From Nemertoderma westbladi (Eukaryota; Animalia; Xenacoelomorpha): 64,000 nt of DNA. The stretch spans positions 1-64,000 of the forward strand of contig JAUCBJ010005383.1 of assembly GCA_032718475.1 (NCBI GenBank), read 5' to 3'. Of this stretch, positions 29,509-40,426 are shown piece by piece (position 1 is the first letter of the stretch; every line of letters begins with the position of its first letter). The notes below the pieces were generated by a model. That model had not been told where the DNA came from. It made no database searches and saw only the letters and a list, made by a program, of their open reading frames with translations. A program made the translations under genes and the position numbers.

Positions 29509-29990
29509 AATTGCTAAAAACAAATTGCACTTCCTCTTTTCCAATTGGATCTACACAAATCGTCCTTTTAAATGTCTTAAATCTTACCTATGGATTTAAG
29601 TTCTGTGGATTCTATTTCAATTCTTGATTATTATCGCTGGTTACTATTTTATTAAAAGAACAGGCTGTACATTCTATTCTGTTTAAAATCTTACAAATAA
29701 ACTCAACTACTATTACAGTAAGTAGTATGTTATGTTACAGCTGTAATTAGGATTAGGCTGCTGGTGGTAGTGGTGTTGGTAAGATTCTCTTCACATACTG
29801 CTGTATTGCATATGGGTTTTACCTTTACTATTGCATACAATTTTCGTTTACTGAACTTTTACTTACCTTGTTGGTGTATCCTTCTTTGTTTTGTTTAATC
29901 AGTGGATGGCTTGCTTTCCATGGTGTTCTCTAACCAATGCAGTTCGTATGGCGCTGTAGAATTTCCTGTTATATACAGTGAGTGAATATA

Positions 29991-30410
29991 ATGGGAAGTG
30001 TGTTTGGCACATTTGTCATATCAAAGAAGATTGAAGACACTAATGATGACGACATAGAAAATATATATGACGTCACGAAACCAACGCTGGCAGACACAGA
30101 TGATTCTTCTATTTCGGGTGATCTAAAAGGACGGCGACGCCTAGGTCTAGTATACCTACCAATCAGTGTGTTTGCGGAAGGTGTTCTAGTTGGCGTGATC
30201 CCATACACCATAGCTGTCTCCAACGACCATGTAACACCTCTCTGGCCCTTCGTCAGCGGTGTCGGAGCTCAGTTGCCGGAGAGCGCGGTATTCGGAACGC
30301 TATTGGCCATATCGGCTGTATTGTTAGTCACTACTGGTTGGGTTCGATATAAACAAATCTTATTAGATTACCACATAAACTTATCCAACACACAACGTTT
30401 CATTAATAAA
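29991..30410 (+). CDS. DRAM: DRAM/Frag1/Sfk1-family multi-pass membrane protein, coding exon 1
   Basis: YTIAVSNDHVTPLWPFVSGVGAQLPESAVFGTLLAISAVL..WVRYKQI matches the DRAM N-terminal half; donor AAA|GTGAGA at 30411, phase 0. Confidence 0.88.
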
Positions 30411-30922
30411 GTGAGATTTTACATATTATTATTATTAATATTAATTTAATATTCGTAATGAATTGAGATAAACTTCTCCACACATTTGAGAGGAAACTTA
30501 CAATAATAGCGGTTACCAAAAACTAAGTAATAAGTCAAAACTAAATGATTACTTTCTACAATACTATAAGCAATTGTATTTTAAGAATATCTCAGGCATT
30601 TCTCGTTCCGTAAAATTGAAAAATGGTTTTCAAATTCGGAATAAAATGTAGTTGATGACGTTATAATTATATTTTACTCAACTTAAAAATATAGCCGTCG
30701 CCAGTAAGGTAAGTATTATTAAATATACATTTTTTAACTTCTATGTCGTATTAAATCGAAAAATGATAAATCATGCATTTAGATGACACTTTCTTTTAAT
30801 AGCCGGTATAAATTTCAATTTCCGAATAACATTATTACATACTGTAAGTCATAATCTAGCACGTTTTTTTTATAAAAGTTTAATATATGAATTATATTTC
30901 ATCCGTTTTTTTAACTTTACAG

Positions 30923-31354
30923 AGCGCACTGATTTTATCAATATTAATGGGGATGGGTTCAATTCTTGTTGCTGCATTCCCAACTTCCAGCACACCCGCG
31001 ATGCACACATTCGGAGCCGTGTTATTGTCCATTGTTAGTGTCATGAACGGCGGCATTCAGACTGTCGGGTTGCCTTCTCCGAACCGGGCTACAACTATTG
31101 TGCGAGTGGCAATAACCTTCATCTATACACTAGCTGGCTTATTGACCGTTTTGTTTACGATATTGTCATTGGGGATTTTGAATGACTGGAACAATGGAAC
31201 CGACCCGCTGCTATGGCAACGAGACTGGCCTGGTTATACAGAACATGTGACTGCAGCAGTAGCTGAGTGGATATTCGCACTCGGTGTGCTTTCGTTTTGG
31301 TTAACATTTGCACCAGAATTTAATAAAATTCACATTGAATATTTTCGGTCTTGA
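30923..31354 (+). CDS. DRAM: DRAM-family protein, coding exon 2 (spliced product 283 aa)
   Basis: Acceptor TTTTTTAACTTTACAG ends at 30922; the join reads FINK|SALILS; VAAF, HTFGA, QT and HVTAAVAEW..FWLTFAPEFNKI match DRAM; TGA 31352-31354; AATAAA at 31505. Confidence 0.88.
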   Translation, partial: SALILSILMGMGSILVAAFPTSSTPAMHTFGAVLLSIVSVMNGGIQTVGLPSPNRATTIVRVAITFIYTLAGLLTVLFTILSLGILNDWNNGTDPLLWQRDWPGYTEHVTAAVAEWIFALGVLSFWLTFAPEFNKIHIEYFRS

Positions 31355-31709
31355 AGAAATATATGAAACTGACCAAGGAGTTTCCTATAATCATGGTGGT
31401 GGTTTGTTGCTTCCAAAATACATGATGTGAAAAATACAATAGCCGAGATATGTCTATTCGAAAGTTGCATGTTTGTTTCCTCTGTATACCATTTTATGAT
31501 ATTTAATAAATGCTCCATATTCTGGAACATTTGGTTTGCATTATATGTAGCTGGGCAACTAACAACAACCTATAATAATAATACTAGTATATGGATATTC
31601 ATACAAAAATGTTCTAGAACTTTATTAAATCGCCTGCAGCGGAAGCAAATATACATGCAACATTCGAATTCCCATATCTCAGCTAATTCCTAACCAAATT
31701 CAAATGGTT

Positions 31710-31825
31710 TTACAAATTTGGAATGCTGCATGGCCAGCTTTCCATCACTATAATAAAGTTGAAGAATAACTGCAGTACGACTGGTGCAATATCCACGGTG
31801 GCAACTTTAACACGCTTGGAGCTAG
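31710..31825 (-). CDS. CDAN1: Candidate terminal exon of the codanin-1 homolog
   Basis: Strong minus-strand acceptor TTTTATTTTCGTTTTCATTCTTTAG; frame SKRVKVATVDIAPVVLQLFFNFIIVMESWPCSIPNL*; minus-strand AATAAA at 31621-31626. Homology weak. Confidence 0.35.
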
Positions 31826-31934
31826 CTAAAGAATGAAAACGAAAATAAAAATTCTAACTCATCCAGTCACACCACCCCCCCCCCCCCCCCCCCCCCATCA
31901 TAACAGTTCGTATTAACCGTATTAACCTGTCTGT

Positions 31935-31989
31935 ACTATACTACTACTACGATTGGCATACTGCATTGCAGCTACATTATATATATTAC
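31935..31989 (-). mobile_element. 3' tail of an RTE retrotransposon with (TAG)n end, split from its body by later insertions
   Basis: Matches the RTE 3' ends at ~40427-40465 and ~49945-50001 (ATGCAGCTGCAATGC.GCATGCC.AT..TAGTAGTAG). Confidence 0.65.
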
Positions 31990-32973
31990 GGTGTTCGGAC
32001 ACTTCCCCCCCCCGGACAGTTCCCCCACGGACAGTTCCCCCCCCCCCCCCCCCCCCCGCTCAAGTAGGACACTTCCCCCCGGACACTTCCCCCCAGACAC
32101 CCCCCCCCCCCGGACACTTCCCCCCCAGACACTCCCCCCCCCCCCCGACTGTTCTTAACTTTGCACATTCGTATTTTTCATTTTGTAAGGTAAACGGACC
32201 GCTTGTATCCAGACAAGTTGTATCCAATTTTCCTTTCGTAGCTCAGAAAGTGATCTTTTGCATCCCGATTTTACATTTTGTATCCAAGTTTTATTTATGG
32301 GTTTTATGAATGCAATTACATCGTATTGTTTGCTAATCTTTAAACAATTAATTAGATGACCTATAAATTCCATCCCCCGAATGATATACTGTTTTTATTA
32401 ACTATAGAATTATAACAATTAATTGTTTTAATTATAGGTATTATTATGTAATAGACTTCTTCAAATTGTAGCAGATGGGGATGAATATTATTGTTGCAAT
32501 CAAAATTATACCTCTCCAGGGTAAAATCGACATGCGTCGACCTGTATTCTGTGTTCAGCATTACTTATTGATATACATATTACTTGGGGGCGGCATCCCC
32601 CAAGAAAAGAAGCGGGGGTTTGGGGGCGGCAGCCCCCAAGAAAAGAAGCGGGGGTTTGGGGGCGGCAGCCCCCAAGAAAAGAAGCAGGGGTTTGGGGGCG
32701 GTAGCCCCCAACAAAAGAAAAACAAACAAAATTTGACTATAAAAATGTTTCTCTTATAATTTTGAAAAAACTTGTCTAGATACAACTTGTCCTGTAAAGA
32801 TCTTTAACTTTTGTTTATTGCTTTGATGCACCTGGGGGGGGGGGGAGTGTCCGGGGGGCAAGTGTCCGGGGGAGTGTCCGGGGGGGGAAGTGTCCTACTT
32901 GGGCGGGGGGGGGGGGGAAGTGTCCGGGGGGGGGGGGGGGGGGAACTGTCCGGGGGGGAAGTGTCCTAGATCC
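31990..32973. mobile_element. Non-autonomous Mutator-like (MULE) MITE with C-rich/G-rich inverted arms
   Basis: Perfect 9-bp TSD ATATATTAC at 31981-31989 and 32974-32982; GG...CC termini; arms of ~150 bp built from GGACACTTCCCCCC and its reverse complement. Confidence 0.85.
32586..32710. repeat. Short 36-bp tandem repeat (~3.5 copies) with a GC hairpin, inside the MULE
   Basis: GGGGGCGGCAGCCCCCAAGAAAAGAAGCGGGGGTTT starts at 32586, 32622, 32658 and 32694. Confidence 0.85.
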
Positions 32974-33175
32974 ATATATTACATATAAATTAATCATTTA
33001 TAGGAAGGGATCTAGGGGTCTTAACCTCGAATGATAAGTTTATTTTACCGAAAATAACTTATCTTTTATTGGCGCAATTGTATGACTAATCCCATCAGAT
33101 GCCTACTTTTTAACCGGGTAGTGTACAAATTTAGGAATCGCGTAATTTTTATTGAAATTAATATCTCATATCTCT

Positions 33176-33226
33176 CCAAACCACGTACGCGTTTCGAACT
33201 TACTGTGTCTCTTCAGCGTGGTTTGG
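33176..33226 (-). ncRNA. Minimal type I hammerhead ribozyme (Penelope/retrozyme type)
   Basis: Minus strand: CCAAACCACG-CTGAAGA-GACACAGTAAGTTC-GAAA-CGCG-TA-CGTGGTTTGG, i.e. perfect 10-bp stem I, intact CUGANGA and GAAA core, palindromic stem III and a GUA cleavage triplet. Confidence 0.8.
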
Positions 33227-33283
33227 GATTCGAACCTGGGACCTGGAGGTGGAAGCCGAGACTACAACCACTAGGCCACAGGT
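33226..33283 (-). promoter_or_regulatory. tRNA-derived internal Pol III promoter (A and B boxes) directly upstream of the hammerhead
   Basis: A box TGGCCTAGTGG (33278-33268) and B box GGTTCGAATCC (33236-33226); the cloverleaf is incomplete, so not a functional tRNA. Confidence 0.7.
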
Positions 33284-33382
33284 TCTTGAGATATGGAGTA
33301 TTAATTTCAAAGCCAGCAGCCATTTTTATTAGCCCCTGATTTTTGATTATTGATAGTAACAATGTGTTGGCAAGCTGTAGAT

Positions 33383-34020
33383 GCAGTGCCGGCTTGTCGA
33401 CAAAATTGCGCCGCCACAACTCCCTATCACCCATGACATTTGCTAGATCATCTGCATCTTCAAGGCCAGTGTCCTTTAAGATGCGTCTCAAGAAAGTCAT
33501 GGGCTGTCCACCATGCTTATTCACTCCATGAGGCTGCCAAAGTACAAGATTATGCACTGGCTGGTCCTCACGGCGAAAGCAATGTCCTGTAAAGTGGATG
33601 CGGTTCCGTTCAAGTGCCAAGCTAGGGGAGACTAATGAAACACCTCCAATGTTGTATAGTGTCTGATTGGAGATGTGTGCATTGTACTTGACACAATGAA
33701 CCCGGCGTAGCATTCTTGTGAAAGTGCCATCCAGAGATTTGGTATCCTCTGCAGTTAGAGCCCAGCATGGACTCCCATGCCATATAAGAGTACTGGTACT
33801 ATTGCTGCCATAAATACTCGAACCTTAAGGTTCCGTTTTATTGTATCCAAATCCCAATTCTGGACAAACTATTTAACGCAGCCCATGCCTTCCCCTTACG
33901 TATCCGAAGGTCTTCAACTGACTTTCTGATCCATGATCCCAGGTAGCAGAAGTCATCCACCTGCTCAAGCAAGCCGTCCATAGCGCTTATGCCCTTACGA
34001 TAAGACATTTCTTGAGGGCT
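33383..34020 (-). mobile_element. RTE-clade LINE fragment (3' part of the RT ORF, degenerate)
   Basis: VDDFCYLGSWI..RIRKGKAW and MLRRVH..GHCFR..LVLWQP..DRELWR; similar to 40476-41090. Confidence 0.88.
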
Positions 34021-34102
34021 CAACTATACGTCTGTACTATACTATATGCTAAGGTCTCAGGTAGCTATTAGGACATTCATTACAGGTCGGATTTCATAGC
34101 CC

Positions 34103-34513
34103 AGGTCGGAGTAGGAGGCCAGGTCGGAGCCCAGGTCGGAGTAGGGCTGGTCGGAGTAGGGCTGGTCGGAGAAGGGCTGGTCGGAGTAGGGCTGGTCGGA
34201 GTAGGGCTGGTCGGAGTAGGGCTGGTCGGAGTAGGGCTGGTCGAAGTAGGGCTGGTCGGAGTAGGGCTGGTCGGAGTAGGGCTGGTCGGAGTAGGGCTGG
34301 TCGGAGTAGGACTGGTCGGAGTAGGGCTGGTTGGAGTAGGGCTGGTCGGAGTAGGGCTGGTCGGAGTAGGGCTGGTCGAAGTAGGGCTGGTCAGAGTAGG
34401 GCTGGTCGGAGTAGGGCTGGTCGAAGTAGGGCTGGTCGGAGTAGGGCTGGTCGGAGTAGGGCTCCGGTCTCGGGCTCCGGCTCCTACTCCGGTCGGAGTA
34501 GGGCTGGTCGGAG
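34103..34513. repeat. Minisatellite, 15-bp G-rich unit, ~25 copies
   Basis: Unit GGTCGGAGTAGGGCT, with degenerate and inverted copies at the edges. Confidence 0.93.
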
Positions 34514-34674
34514 CCCGGCTGGACTTTGAAACTCTATTTGAGCTTCCAAGCCAAGATGATATGCGAAATAGGCATAAAGCGTATTATATTCGTAAAGAAA
34601 AAACAGAGTAGTTGGCCATGATCAATCAAGGTCTATCATATTATATTGAGATATATTATATACTTACAGAAAAA

Positions 34675-35341
34675 TCATATTGTACTTAGAGTTATAAGAA
34701 TAATTCTAAAAATATAAAGACACTTAATAATATTAGTAGATGAATAAACATCAATCAGCTTTAGAGTTATCTCAAAGGGAAACGTAGTACATAAATCCCA
34801 TTTAAAAACATTGAAAAATTCTCTGTAACTACACAAAACCTTTTGTGTCTGATCTACAGGCTTAGGGAACACGATAATTAGAGGCAACGTGTTGCTAACA
34901 AAATTACAGAGATGCTTCGTAATAGCCGAGGTAAAGTAATGTGGTGATCTCTCTCGACACAGTATAGAATCATTTAATACTCCTACGATATCAGCTAGGT
35001 TGACATCATGCTTATCTAATGCAGTCTCGGTTAAATCCTTTACGCGGTGTAGTATTTTGGACGGGAAGGATTGTGATTGGTTGACAGTTAATTGGTATGG
35101 TGAGATTTCACTTGGATTTGACTTTGTAGTAGAGTCGTCATTGTTTATAATGGTTTCTGATTGGTTGACAGTTAATTTGTATGGTGAGTTTTTACATCGA
35201 TTTGACTTTGTGTTTGAGGCATCTATGACCGTCTCTGAATTGTCGATAGTAAATTTGGATTGGTTTTCTTGAAGTAATTGGGATACACGGTGGATCCAGT
35301 GTTCCCATCGCTCGGTTTTGTGATATCTCCATCAGGTCAGG
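34675..35341 (-). CDS. CDAN1: Codanin-1 homolog, large internal exon (both boundaries uncertain)
   Basis: About 219 open codons from 35331 to 34675, including PSKILHRVKDL..LNDSILCRER, similar to codanin-1 PSHLISEIKDVL..LGQTLRCRQ; acceptor CTTTTTTAG at 35342, but an in-frame TGA lies at 35334-35332. Confidence 0.55.
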
Positions 35342-35469
35342 CTAAAAAAGCACAAATAATATGAAAATGGAGACGGAGATAATATTTATATTGTAGAAAC
35401 AGAAGGGGGGGGGGGGGGCACTCCATGAAAAAAAGTGAATCTATGGGATAAAATCAACGCAAATAATAC

Positions 35470-35543
35470 CTGATGACAAGCAAACTTTCGACTAGAACAT
35501 GTGCTGGAGAACTGGAGGGCCCCGATAGGCCCACACAGATAAA
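35470..35543 (-). CDS. CDAN1: Codanin-1 homolog, 74-nt exon
   Basis: ATCATTAG| FICVGLSGPSSSPAHVLVESLLVI |GTATTA; phase 0 in and phase 2 out, bridging the neighbouring exons in frame. Confidence 0.55.
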
Positions 35544-35782
35544 CTAATGATAATGGATAAAATTAGGATTGGAATTGTCACTAGTTATAATTTACCAGTC
35601 GCTTTGCTCTCGCAAATACGACGGGAGAATATCTGAATTGAAGTCAACGTAAATTAATTTTGTTACATTATGTCAACGTAACAGCGTTCTGGTGAATTAC
35701 TCGTAACGCTGCAAAGTACTACTAATCAATGACATGGAAACAACTTCAATACCCGTATTCCAGAATGTATTATACCTTTAGT

Positions 35783-36053
35783 GTCGCCGTGTCCGAGTGG
35801 ATACGGTGGATACGGCGGATACGGCGCCTGAACTGAATAGTGTTTGGTGGCGCAGGTTCGAATCCGACTAAAGGCTGTAGAAATTTCGCACTGTTGTGTC
35901 CCTAGGCAAGACACTTTAGACACTAGTGCCTACGCCAACCCAACGGTATAATGGGAACCTGGCTTTGCTGGGGTAATAATAATAAGAGCGCTTTGAGTGT
36001 GCCGAGCGTAGAAAAGCGCTATATCAATCCAATATTATTATTATTATTATTAT
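35783..36053 (+). mobile_element. tRNA-derived SINE with CORE-like centre and L2-type 3' tail
   Basis: A box GTGTCCGAGTGG, B box GGTTCGAATCC, centre TGTGTCCCTAGGCAAGACACTT, 3' stem-loop AGCGCTTTGAG..GAAAAGCGCTATAT and a (TAT)n tail. Confidence 0.85.
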
Positions 36054-36701
36054 GTCCATTTATGTTAATGAGTGCTGCTTTATTATCCAGTTTGTAGTGA
36101 CGGGACTAGCTACTGTATGTAAATAATTGTTTAACGTGTACTGTAATCCATTATGGCGAAACGTCCAAAAATGGCGTGCCGAAAATGGCAACAGTGTTCA
36201 GTAAAACTGAACGGACACAGACGGTGACTAATTTTGCTTCAGTCGACTGTCGATTAATGATTTATCACATCCAAGCAGGAGATAAACTTCCAATAAACTT
36301 TAATTAGATTTAAATGTATAATTAATACTGTGTACCTGTTAATAAATTTCACTTATATTCGATATAGTACATGATTAACATGTATACCGACTAATACATG
36401 AGTATTATACATGAGTATCCATAAAATCCTATCTTCACATACCGAACGCTGATAAGTTGACATAATGTAACAAAATTACATACATCATTGCTTGCAAAGG
36501 TCACTTTTCAGCGTTAAAGACCCTAGTTTATTTATATAAACCTCCCTCGCTGCGCTCGCTCGGTACATTAAACTCGGGTCATAACGCTGCAAAGTGCTAC
36601 TTTGCACACAATGATGATGTAAATCGTAACGACGTGAAGGGCTTGTACGTTAAACCTAACAAAGAAACATTTTGAAAAACATATTTTGCAATATAACTCA
36701 C

Positions 36702-36915
36702 CTCAAGCTCGGTAATTCGATCGTCCTTCGTTTTAATTCGCTTAATTTTATCCAATTCGGCTTCAACTAACGGTACCAAATGCTTCTTGATAAAATTATT
36801 TATACGGCTGTGAGCTTGTCTCCTAGAAACATTCGTGGCAGCTGCTATAACCCTTTGACTTGTATCTTGAGGTAACATGTTATGGAGGACAGTGGCAGCT
36901 CTTTCGTCACAAAAC
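36702..36915 (-). CDS. CDAN1: Codanin-1 homolog, internal exon
   Basis: TTTTTGCTAG| (R)FCDERAATVLHNMLPQDTSQRVIAAATNVSRRQAHSRINNFIKKHLVPLVEAEL..ELE |GTGAGT; aligns with codanin-1 [31 protein letters not shown]. Confidence 0.82.
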
Positions 36916-37122
36916 CTAGCAAAAATATATTAATGATTCTAGAATAAAAAAACCATTTGACAAATAATTTGAGCAATAATCGTATATTCTATAGTAAAGT
37001 GTCTAATTATTCAAAATTAAAGCTCTCCTTAGTTTCTAAAAGGGTACCTTCTACACATTACATTATTAGCAATTTTTCAATATTATTTTTTTATACAAAA
37101 AACTTCGTTGTGTAAAAAATAT

Positions 37123-37236
37123 ATGAGGATGGCGAGAAGTTCTTTCAGAGGTGAATTTACAAATTACCCGGACGGATTATTGGGGAAACTAGAATTAAAG
37201 GAGACTTTGCAGAAACGAAATAATTACATGAAAATG
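37123..37236 (+). CDS. CFAP97D2: CFAP97-domain (KIAA1430/Hemingway family) protein, coding exon 1
   Basis: MRMARSSFRGEF..QKRNNYMKM|GTGAGT, phase 0, joins in frame to 44191; length fits the family N-terminus, though similarity is weak. Confidence 0.62.
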
Positions 37237-37280
37237 GTGAGTCACATTAAAGCTATTATACAATCAATGGTCGGGCACAT

Positions 37281-40200
37281 ACTACAGTACAGTAGTAACT
37301 GGTGTTAATATATTACAGTAGTATGGAATAACTGGTGTGAATCTATTACAGTAGTATGGAATAACTGGTGTTAATATATTACAGTAGTATGGAATAACTG
37401 GTGTGAATCTATTACAGTAGTATGGAATAACTGGTGTTAATATATTACAGTAGTATGGAATAACTGGTGTGTATCTATTACAGTAGTATGGAATAACTGG
37501 TGTGTATCTATTACAGTAGTATGGAATAACTGGTGTGAATATATTACAGTAGTATGGAATAACTGGTGTGAATCTATTACAGTAGTATGGAATAACTGGT
37601 GTGAATATATTACAGTAGTATGGAATAACTGGTGTTAATATATTACTGTAGTATTGAATAACTGGTGTGTATCTATTACAGTAGTATGGAATAACTGGTG
37701 TGAATATATTACAGTAGTATGGAATAACTGGTGTTAATATATTACAGTAGTATGGAATAACTGGTGTGAATATATTACAGTAGTATGGAATAACTGGTGT
37801 GTATCTATTACAGTAGTATGGAATAACTGGTGTGTATCTATTACAGTAGTATGGAATAACTGGTGTGTATCTATTACAGTAGTATGGAATAACTGGTGTG
37901 AATATATTACAGTAGTATGGAATAACTGGTGTGAATATATTACAGTAGTATGGAATAACTGGTGTGTATCTATTACAGTAGTATGGAATAACTGGTGTGT
38001 ATCTATTACAGTAGTATGGAATAACTGGTGTGTATCTATTACAGTAGTATGGAATAACTGGTGTGAATATATTACAGTAGTATGGAATAACTGGTGTGAA
38101 TATATTACAGTAGTATGGAATAACTGGTGTGTATCTATTACAGTAGCATGGAATAACTGATGTGTATCTATTACAGTAGTATGGAATAACTGGTGTTAAT
38201 ATATTACAGTAGTATGGAATAACTGGTGTTAATATATTACAGTAGTATGGAATAACTGGTGTGAATCTATTACAGTAGTATGGAATAACTGGTGTTAATA
38301 TATTACAGTAGTATGGAATAACTGGTGTGAATCTATTACAGTAGTATGGAATAACTGGTGTGTATCTATTACAGTAGTATGGAATAACTGGTGTGTATCT
38401 ATTACAGTAGTATGGAATAACTGGTGTTAATATATTACAGTAGTATGGAATAACTGGTGTTAATATATTACAGTAGTATGGAATAACTGGTGTTAATCTA
38501 TTACAGTAGTATGGAATAACTGGTGTTAATATATTACAGTAGTATGGAATAACTGGTGTGAATCTATTACAGTAGTATGGAATAACTGGTGTGTATCTAT
38601 TACAGTAGTATGGAATAACTGGTGTGTATCTATTACAGTAGTATGGAATAACTGGTGTGTATCTATTACAGTAGTATGGAATAACTGGTGTGAATATATT
38701 ACAGTAGTATGGAATAACTGGTGTGAATATATTACAGTAGTATGGAATAACTGGTGTGTATCTATTACAGTAGCATGGAATAACTGATGTGTATCTATTA
38801 CAGTAGTATGGAATAACTGGTGTTAATATATTACAGTAGTATGGAATAACTGGTGTTAATATATTACAGTAGTATGGAATAACTGGTGTGAATCTATTAC
38901 AGTAGTATGGAATAACTGGTGTTAATATATTACAGTAGTATGGAATAACTGGTGTGAATCTATTACAGTAGTATGGAATAACTGGTGTTAATATATTACA
39001 GTAGTATGGAATAACTGGTGTGAATCTATTACAGTAGTATGGAATAACTGGTGTTAATATATTACAGTAGTATGGAATAACTGGTGTTAATATATTACAG
39101 TAGTATGGAATAACTGGTGTTAATATATTACAGTAGTATGGAATAACTGGTGTGAATCTATTACAGTAGTATGGAATAACTGGTGTGTATCTATTACAGT
39201 AGTATGGAATAACTGGTGTTAATATATTACAGTAGTATGGAATAACTGGTGTGAATCTATTACAATAGTATGGAATAACTGGTGTTAATATATTACAGTA
39301 GTACGGAATAACTGGTGTGAATATATTACAGTAGTATGGAATAACTGGTGTGAATCTATTACAGTAGTATGGAATAACTGGTGTGGATCTATTACAGTAG
39401 TATGGAATAACTGGTGTGTAACTATTACAGTAGTATGGAATAACTGATGTGAATCTATTACAGTAGTATGGAATAACTGGTGTTAATATATTACAGTAGT
39501 ATGGAATAACTGGTGTTAATATATTACAGTAGTATGGAATAACTGGTGTGAATATATTACAGTAGTATGGAATAACTGGTGTGAATCTATTACAGTAGTA
39601 TGGAATAACTGGTGTGGATCTATTACAGTAGTATGGAATAACTGGTGTTAAAATATTACAGTAGTATGGAATAACTGGTGTGAATCTATTACAGTAGTAT
39701 GGAATAACTGGTGTGTATCTATTACAGTAGTATGGAATAACTGGTATGTATCTATTACAGTAGTATGGAATAACTGATGTGAATATATTACAGTAGTATG
39801 GAATAACTGATGTGAATCTATTAAAGTAGTATGGAATAACTGGTGTTAATATATTACAGTAGTATGGAATAACTGGTGTGAATCTATTACAGTAGTATGG
39901 AATAACTGGTGTTAATATATTACAGTAGTATGGAATAACTGGTGTGAATATATTACAGTAGTATGGAATAACTGGTGTGAATCTATTACAGTAGTATGGA
40001 ATAACTGGTGTGGAACTATTACAGTAGTATGGAATAACTGGTGTGTAACTATTACAGTAGTATGGAATAACTGATGTGAATCTATTACAGTAGTATGGAA
40101 TAACTGGTGTTAATATATTACAGTAGTATGGAATAACTGGTGTTAATATATTACAGTAGTATGGAATAACTGGTGTGAATATATTACAGCAGTATGGAAT

Positions 40201-40334
40201 AACTGGTGTGAATCTATTACAGTAGTATGGAATAACTGGTGTGGATCTATTACAGTAGTATGGAATAACTGGTGTGTAACTATTACAGTAGTATGGAATA
40301 ACTGGTGTGTATCTATTACAGTAGTATGGAATAA
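37281..40334. repeat. Minisatellite, 33-bp unit, ~92 copies
   Basis: Unit TATTACAGTAGTATGGAATAACTGGTGT(G/T)(A/T)AT(C/A); the 1082-aa minus ORF is its translation. Confidence 0.98.
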
Positions 40335-40426
40335 TTCTTGGACATTTGGTACGGGACGTAATGTTAGCGAGAAACAGAGAATAATTTGTGCAGCGTATAA
40401 CGGCAGCTGTAAGTCTTATAATCGGA

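Noticed and set aside
13726-29599. Very long repetitive ORFs (up to 1134 aa) on both strands
   Set aside because: A 39-bp unit is 13 codons and lacks stops in several frames; frameshifting +5 and -10 units are tolerated, which argues against coding selection.
29720-29965. Possible minus-strand exons next to the DRAM start (AAG|GTAAGT near 29866)
   Set aside because: The AG-to-GT interval has stops in all three frames and no recognisable homology; a non-coding divergent transcript cannot be supported from sequence alone.
34675-35334. TGA reassignment or selenocysteine readthrough in codanin-1
   Set aside because: Both TGAs can be avoided by alternative splice choices, DRAM ends normally at a TGA, and I recognised no SECIS.
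35783-35870. Possible tRNA-Leu/Ser gene
   Set aside because: The D-arm region is disrupted by a 9-bp triplication, there is no proper acceptor stem, and it continues into a SINE body and tail.
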